NCBI GenBank assembly: GCA_964533505.1
Contig: CAZHKA010000035.1
Span: 1,288 to 65,287, forward strand
Direction of reading: 5' to 3'
Length of the DNA stretch: 64,000 bases
DNA from: an uncultured Candidatus Bathyarchaeia archaeon
GTDB lineage: Archaea > Thermoproteota > Bathyarchaeia > 40CM-2-53-6
The notes below the pieces were generated by a model that saw only the letters and a program-made list of their open reading frames with translations, had not been told where the DNA came from and made no database searches. Each line of letters opens with the position of its first letter. Position 1 is the first letter of the stretch. Positions 59,493-64,000 of this stretch are shown piece after piece. Position numbers and translations under genes: made by a program.

Positions 59493-59709
59493 TCGATATC
59501 TTGGTCGAATAGTCTGGCGGTCATTCAGTCGTCTTCACTTTGAAGTAAGGTTCAGTCTCCCAAATTTAAGGGAACTCCGCCACTGCAGTCGATTTCAAAC
59601 CGGTCACTTCATTACAGGACCAAATTCTAGAAGTGTTTACTTCACGGTCCCCTAACTAGGTGTGATGCGGAAAAATTGAACTGTCGCCGTCCGTCCTCGT
59701 TCTAAATGT

Positions 59710-60438
59710 GTGTGTGGTGCCGCGCACCCACCTACTCACGCACAAGAAAAACAGAAAGGAATGCGCAGTAGTTATGATTATGGAGTGACTCGGACATTGG
59801 CGCAGGAGATCAGGAATCGTATTCCGAAGACGAAGATCGAATCACTAACAGACCTCATATTCGGACTTGCGTTGTCAATAGGTGCCGTTTCTCTGCTTAG
59901 CAAGCCGCCTTTGAGTCCGGCGGACGTCATGACGGATCTTGTAGGGTTTGGGTTCAGTTTTCTGATTCTGATCTCGATTTGGTTTCGGTACACGAACATA
60001 ATGTCAGTGCTTCCAGTCGAGACGAGTGGAATGATGTTTCTGAACGTTGTTATGCTCTTCCTTGTGTCAGTAGAGCCGTATCTTCTCAGTCTCCTGACAT
60101 TCGGTTCGGTCGAGGCATCTAGGGTCGCTATAGTGAATTTCGCTTCTGAAGCCTACGCGCTCGACATGGCTGGACTTAACTTGATATTGGGTGTCTTCGC
60201 TCATCAACTGACGATCGAAGAACGAAAGCTGGTTAACCCCGAACTTGCGGGCAGGTATCGTCGTAACCGAAATGTCTCGTATTTTGTCGCGGTCCTTTTC
60301 GCAGTCTCGACGCTACCGTTTTTCTGGTCATGGGAAATTATGGGCACACCGGTGCGGTTCTATCTTTGGTATACTATCTTGACCATCGCATGGATAAGCC
60401 GCCTGAGTGGAAGATTCAAAAAAAAAGCGGGTTCCTAG
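59710..60438 (+). CDS. TMEM175/DUF1211-family membrane protein
   Basis: KIESLTDLIFGLALS (RxxxFSD-like) and SF......W motifs; ~6 TM. Confidence 0.75.
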   Translation: MCGAAHPPTHAQEKQKGMRSSYDYGVTRTLAQEIRNRIPKTKIESLTDLIFGLALSIGAVSLLSKPPLSPADVMTDLVGFGFSFLILISIWFRYTNIMSVLPVETSGMMFLNVVMLFLVSVEPYLLSLLTFGSVEASRVAIVNFASEAYALDMAGLNLILGVFAHQLTIEERKLVNPELAGRYRRNRNVSYFVAVLFAVSTLPFFWSWEIMGTPVRFYLWYTILTIAWISRLSGRFKKKAGS

Positions 60439-60456
60439 CGACCCACTCAGTTATGT

Positions 60457-61812
60457 GTGCCAGATCTTTTCAGGCAGCTGCTACTTTGCTTTCGCAGTCC
60501 GAAATCGTCAATCATAATCAAATATCTCGCCTTAAGAAACATGAAGATGTTGGAGGGTCAGTTCATCCAACGACCTCTAGTGTCTGCACGCCGGCTCTGG
60601 CTTGATTGGCTCCGAGTTCTCGCCATGGGCACTATCTTCTTGTTTCACAGCAGCAGGCCTTTCGCACCTCCCCCATGGCATGTCATGAACTCAACGCTGG
60701 ACCTAGGGTTCACTCTGTTCGACGCTTTCATTTCCGGATGGATCATGCCACTCTTCTTCGTGATCTCAGGGATCGCCGCGTACTATTCTGTAGGAAAACG
60801 GAGTACCCTTCAATTCGTTAAGGACAGATTCCTAAGGCTCATGGTTCCTTTTCTCACCGTTGGATTGCTGATTATCTTATCTGTGAACGCTTACTATGAC
60901 GCAGTATTCCACGGGAATTTTACCGGGGGCTTCCTCAGCTTCTATCTGGGACCATACTTTACCAGGTTTTTCCCATTCACCCTGACTTTCTCCCCCACCT
61001 ACTTCGCAAACTCAAATCAGGGCATCTACCTCTGGTACCTCTTCTGGCTCTTCGTATTCTCCCTCGCCACATTTCCCCTCTTCAAATGGCTCGCGAAAGA
61101 GGAAAAACGCGGCAAGCTCTCGAAACTATACCACGCTTGCAACAGGCGCGGAGGAATCCTACTGCTCGCGATTCCTCTGATCATTGTGAATATCGCAGCG
61201 GTGCCGCCCTATTTCGTCTTTCCCAGTGGCTACGGAGGCTGGAAACTCCCCGCATACCTCCTATTTTTCATCGCCGGTTACGTGATGGCTTCCAGCCCTC
61301 AATTCGAAGAGTCTATCGAGAAAAGCAGGAAGGCCTCGCTCCTATTGGGGATCATCACAAGCCTCTTGATAATTTCCGTTGTGGCTTTGGGTGGACTCAC
61401 GTCTGGCTCATCTGGGCCATCTGACCCATCTGGGATCAACAGTTCTTACATTGTAGTTTCTACGATCTGGGCGTTGAACGGCTGGTGTTGGGTGGCGGCG
61501 ATACTTGGTTTCGGGCGCAAGCACCTCTCCTTCAACCACCGGTTCCTACAGGTCTCGAACGAACTTGTCTTGCCGTTCTATATTCTTCACCAGGCCGTTA
61601 TAGTCGCAGTCGCCTACTATGTGGTCGGATTGGATTTGATCGTGATTGAAAAGTATCTACTAATTGTGCTTGCATCTTTTCCCATCATAGTCGCTCTACT
61701 TTACCTCATCAGCAAGGTCAATTTGCTCAGGTTCTTCTTTGGAATGAGGATAATGAATCGGCCCTTCAAAGAGCAAGCGACGACGCAAAAAATGAGTCTA
61801 ATTACGAAATGA
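60457..61812 (+). CDS. Acyltransferase-3 (OpgC-like) membrane protein
   Basis: LDWLRV...H, MPLFF.ISG, R..RL.VP, LWYL and YILHQ motifs; start probably downstream. Confidence 0.88.
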   Translation: MPDLFRQLLLCFRSPKSSIIIKYLALRNMKMLEGQFIQRPLVSARRLWLDWLRVLAMGTIFLFHSSRPFAPPPWHVMNSTLDLGFTLFDAFISGWIMPLFFVISGIAAYYSVGKRSTLQFVKDRFLRLMVPFLTVGLLIILSVNAYYDAVFHGNFTGGFLSFYLGPYFTRFFPFTLTFSPTYFANSNQGIYLWYLFWLFVFSLATFPLFKWLAKEEKRGKLSKLYHACNRRGGILLLAIPLIIVNIAAVPPYFVFPSGYGGWKLPAYLLFFIAGYVMASSPQFEESIEKSRKASLLLGIITSLLIISVVALGGLTSGSSGPSDPSGINSSYIVVSTIWALNGWCWVAAILGFGRKHLSFNHRFLQVSNELVLPFYILHQAVIVAVAYYVVGLDLIVIEKYLLIVLASFPIIVALLYLISKVNLLRFFFGMRIMNRPFKEQATTQKMSLITK

Positions 61813-61825
61813 GCCCACGGAATGC

Positions 61826-61855
61826 TGGAGCAGGTGGGATATGAACCCACGACTT
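61826..61855 (-). repeat. tRNA 3'-half-like remnant (att-like), copy 1
   Basis: Minus strand reads AAGTC-GTGGG-TTCATAT-CCCAC-CTGCTCC-A, i.e. a T arm plus acceptor 3' strand. Confidence 0.6.
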
Positions 61856-61861
61856 GTGGGA

Positions 61862-62665
61862 TTATCGAGCTTTTTTAGTGCCTCTCATCTGAGCTAACAT
61901 CTGTTCCAATGCCGGTTGGTTTGGAGCAATAAACGGTTGGGACGTGGGAAGGGTCTCAAGCAGTTTGAGGAACGTTTTCGTCTTGCTTCTAGCGAGCGGT
62001 AGGTGTGCTGAGCATATTATCTTCGGATCCATTTGATGAATTCTATCCAGCTCTTGGTTGAATCTGCTTGGTTGCACCATATGAATCCATGGAGTGTCTG
62101 CGCAAGCCCAGCCTATCATGCCTTGAGACAGATCACCTTCTCGAATCTCATCTGCATCCTGCGCTGGTGACGACACGATAGCGCCGAAGCAATCGGCAGA
62201 GAAGAATGCCGTCGACTTGTTATCGTAGATGCCGATTGTGGTTGGATTGTCGAACAGCGGCGGTCTGACGGCCGTCAGCTCACGGTCACCCACGTTGATG
62301 CTATCTCCCGGATTTAGCCAATAGCACCGATCGATTGGCACTTGCCAAGCCGAGCTCATCCTCAGCATGGCTAGGGCGTTCACTGCAAGGCGAGCTGCTG
62401 GTGCTGTCTCCATGATCTTCTGAATGTTGCCGGTATGGTCTGCGTCGTCATGAGTGAGCCACACCCACCTCAAGTCTTTAGGGTCGATGACCGATTTGAG
62501 TGCCTTCATGAACTCTTCATTATCTATTCCCATTCCCGTGTCAAGGAGGACTGGCTCTGCGGCTTTAATGAAGAAGGCATCGACTGGCAGAAATCCCATG
62601 CCGGGGATCGGGAAGTGTGCAGGAAGCGCCACAATGTCTGGCGTTACTTCATGCGGTTTATCCAT
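61862..62665 (-). CDS. MBL-fold metallo-hydrolase (FprA/ODP-like)
   Basis: LDTG, THDDADHTGN, PPLFDNP, FSADCFG and SAH motifs. Confidence 0.85.
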   Translation of the reverse strand: MDKPHEVTPDIVALPAHFPIPGMGFLPVDAFFIKAAEPVLLDTGMGIDNEEFMKALKSVIDPKDLRWVWLTHDDADHTGNIQKIMETAPAARLAVNALAMLRMSSAWQVPIDRCYWLNPGDSINVGDRELTAVRPPLFDNPTTIGIYDNKSTAFFSADCFGAIVSSPAQDADEIREGDLSQGMIGWACADTPWIHMVQPSRFNQELDRIHQMDPKIICSAHLPLARSKTKTFLKLLETLPTSQPFIAPNQPALEQMLAQMRGTKKAR

Positions 62666-62819
62666 TAAAACAATCTTCCTTCGTAATTTTGCACCTCAAA
62701 GAGTTAGTAGATCATAATTCGCCTATCCGAAAATTTTAGAATTATCTCTCGATTCTAAATTTTAAAATCAAAAGCGGTAAAGGGTGCGTGCGGAATCAGG
62801 TCGTCAATAGCCCCATAAA

Positions 62820-62847
62820 TGGTGGGCCGGTGGAATATGAACCCACC
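62820..62847 (-). repeat. tRNA 3'-half-like remnant (att-like) with CCA, copy 2
   Basis: Minus strand reads GGTGGG-TTCATAT-TCCAC-CGGCCC-A-CCA; 17/18 identity to the core of copy 1. Confidence 0.6.
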
Positions 62848-62901
62848 AAATTCGTGGTTCCATCAGCTGCTTCATAATTCCGAGCCCATGAACTTCGGAT
62901 G

Positions 62902-63036
62902 CTAAAAATTCAGCAAAGGCTTGAAGAAGGCTCTGATTTCCTCTGATAGGAGGCGCGGTTCTTCAGACGCCGCAAAGTGGTCACTCGTAGGCGTGATTCG
63001 CCACCGTTTGATTTTGTAAAGTCGCTCAGCCAATTC
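62902..63036 (-). pseudogene. C-terminal remnant of an epoxide hydrolase (alpha/beta hydrolase)
   Basis: ELAERLYKIKRWRITPTSDHFAASEEPRLLSEEIRAFF matches the AER.Y.V.RW..MP.GGHFAA.EEP.LLA.DIR.FF end of epoxide hydrolases. Confidence 0.7.
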
Positions 63037-63255
63037 TCTTCAGAGAGCATATGGGGAATACATAGTCGTTCACAAATAGAGCTGCGCCCATGAGCACCTC
63101 GATCTTTCTTCAGATTCAACAATGTTCTGTTACAGGAAGATGGACCACTTCAGGACCCAATCTGTGCTGAATTATGATGGTGTCGGCGGTCGTACAGGTA
63201 GAACAATCCTTAAGATAAGAAAATTACAGAGTGTGCCGAGGAGGAAAGAGTTGTA

Positions 63256-63564
63256 ATGAAAGTCTCTACAACAACGGTCATTGGTGTACTTGCTGGTTTT
63301 GTCATCGGCATAATCGGGCTCGGTCGAACCAATGGCGTTAGTCCTGATCTAGCGAATCTTGCGCCAAAGATTCATCAGTACATGCTCTGGCTCGTGCTCC
63401 TGAGTCTGCTTGTGCCGTTAGCTGACTATTTCGTTTCCACAAATTTGCCTACAACAATTATTGGTTACGTGGCACGTCAACCGTTTCGTCATGTAGCCGG
63501 ATTCTTCACGGGGGCCGCGGTAGGTTTACTTGCTCTAATTCTCATTGCACCTCAAATGTTTTAG
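63256..63564 (+). CDS. Small membrane hypothetical protein
   Basis: Three hydrophobic segments; ATG start after a purine-rich region. Confidence 0.6.
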   Translation: MKVSTTTVIGVLAGFVIGIIGLGRTNGVSPDLANLAPKIHQYMLWLVLLSLLVPLADYFVSTNLPTTIIGYVARQPFRHVAGFFTGAAVGLLALILIAPQMF

Positions 63565-63754
63565 ACTGGAGTTTGGAATCCGCAGAATCAGACTAACTGA
63601 GTATCGTTACTGGCTTCTACGGATCAAACGCAAATACTTCAATTGCCCTTGGACGTGGAAAAAGTGACTAGGTCGAAATATGCCTATTGGTCACTGCTGC
63701 TTAGGAAAAGCCCGTGCGGGAAAAACATTGACATCGATCAAGGCCCAAGTGTTC

Positions 63755-63931
63755 ATGAGCAAGGCGGAAATCAGAGGGAGAAGCAAACAAATCAAAGGGA
63801 AAATTCGGGAAGAGATAGGCAAACTGAGAAACAACAAAACTTGGCAACTGAAAGGTAAGATTGAGCAAGCTGAAGGAAAGGCTAGACAGAAGATAGGGAG
63901 AGTCATAAGAAAAACGAAGATGCGATTGTGA
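63755..63931 (+). CDS. CsbD-family stress protein
   Basis: KQIKGKIREEIGKL.N....LKG..EQ.EGK.RQKIG pattern. Confidence 0.8.
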   Translation: MSKAEIRGRSKQIKGKIREEIGKLRNNKTWQLKGKIEQAEGKARQKIGRVIRKTKMRL

Positions 63932-64000
63932 ACATTTGGCCGACGCCTCCCAAGCCGACGGGGTTCGGTATTAATCTGCAACGAGCGGATTGGTTATAGG

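Noticed and set aside
59715-59726. TGGTGCCGCG as a third tRNA-end remnant
   Set aside because: Only ~10 nt with no T arm, so it could be chance.
62910-63122. 70-aa minus-strand ORF in the track
   Set aside because: Wrong frame; the recognisable epoxide hydrolase remnant lies in a different frame.
1-64000. CRISPR array, rRNA, IS element or integrase
   Set aside because: By eye I found no regularly spaced repeats, rRNA-like tracts, DDE or tyrosine-recombinase motifs, or terminal inverted repeats.

Overview
This is a gene-dense archaeal chromosomal window. BHB-intron tRNA, a PEF-CTERM sorting signal, F420 enzymes and frequent TTG/GTG starts suggest a TACK lineage such as Bathyarchaeia; that assignment is inference only. 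Most genes serve housekeeping and amino-acid/peptide catabolism: nfo, guaB, citrate synthase, a dye-linked proline-dehydrogenase-like operon, a Dpp/Opp ABC system, hutH, DDAH, acs, an acetylene-hydratase-like Mo/W enzyme and AOR+MoaD. The last ~6 kb is an accessory region with many gene fragments. The most notable signals are missed by the ORF track: (1) a tRNA-His(GUG) interrupted by four non-canonical BHB introns next to a LAGLIDADG-like gene; (2) a TPP riboswitch with a candidate SD-sequestering platform upstream of an ECF S-component gene; (3) a three-way-junction RNA candidate upstream of guaB; (4) two unannotated small ORFs; and (5) tRNA-3'-end-like direct repeats flanking a single gene. 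Also notable is a lipoyl-lysine-less LbpA/GcvH-TusA fusion beside a rhodanese. No CRISPR array, rRNA, integrase or intact transposase was seen. All protein calls come from motif recognition by eye, not database searches.
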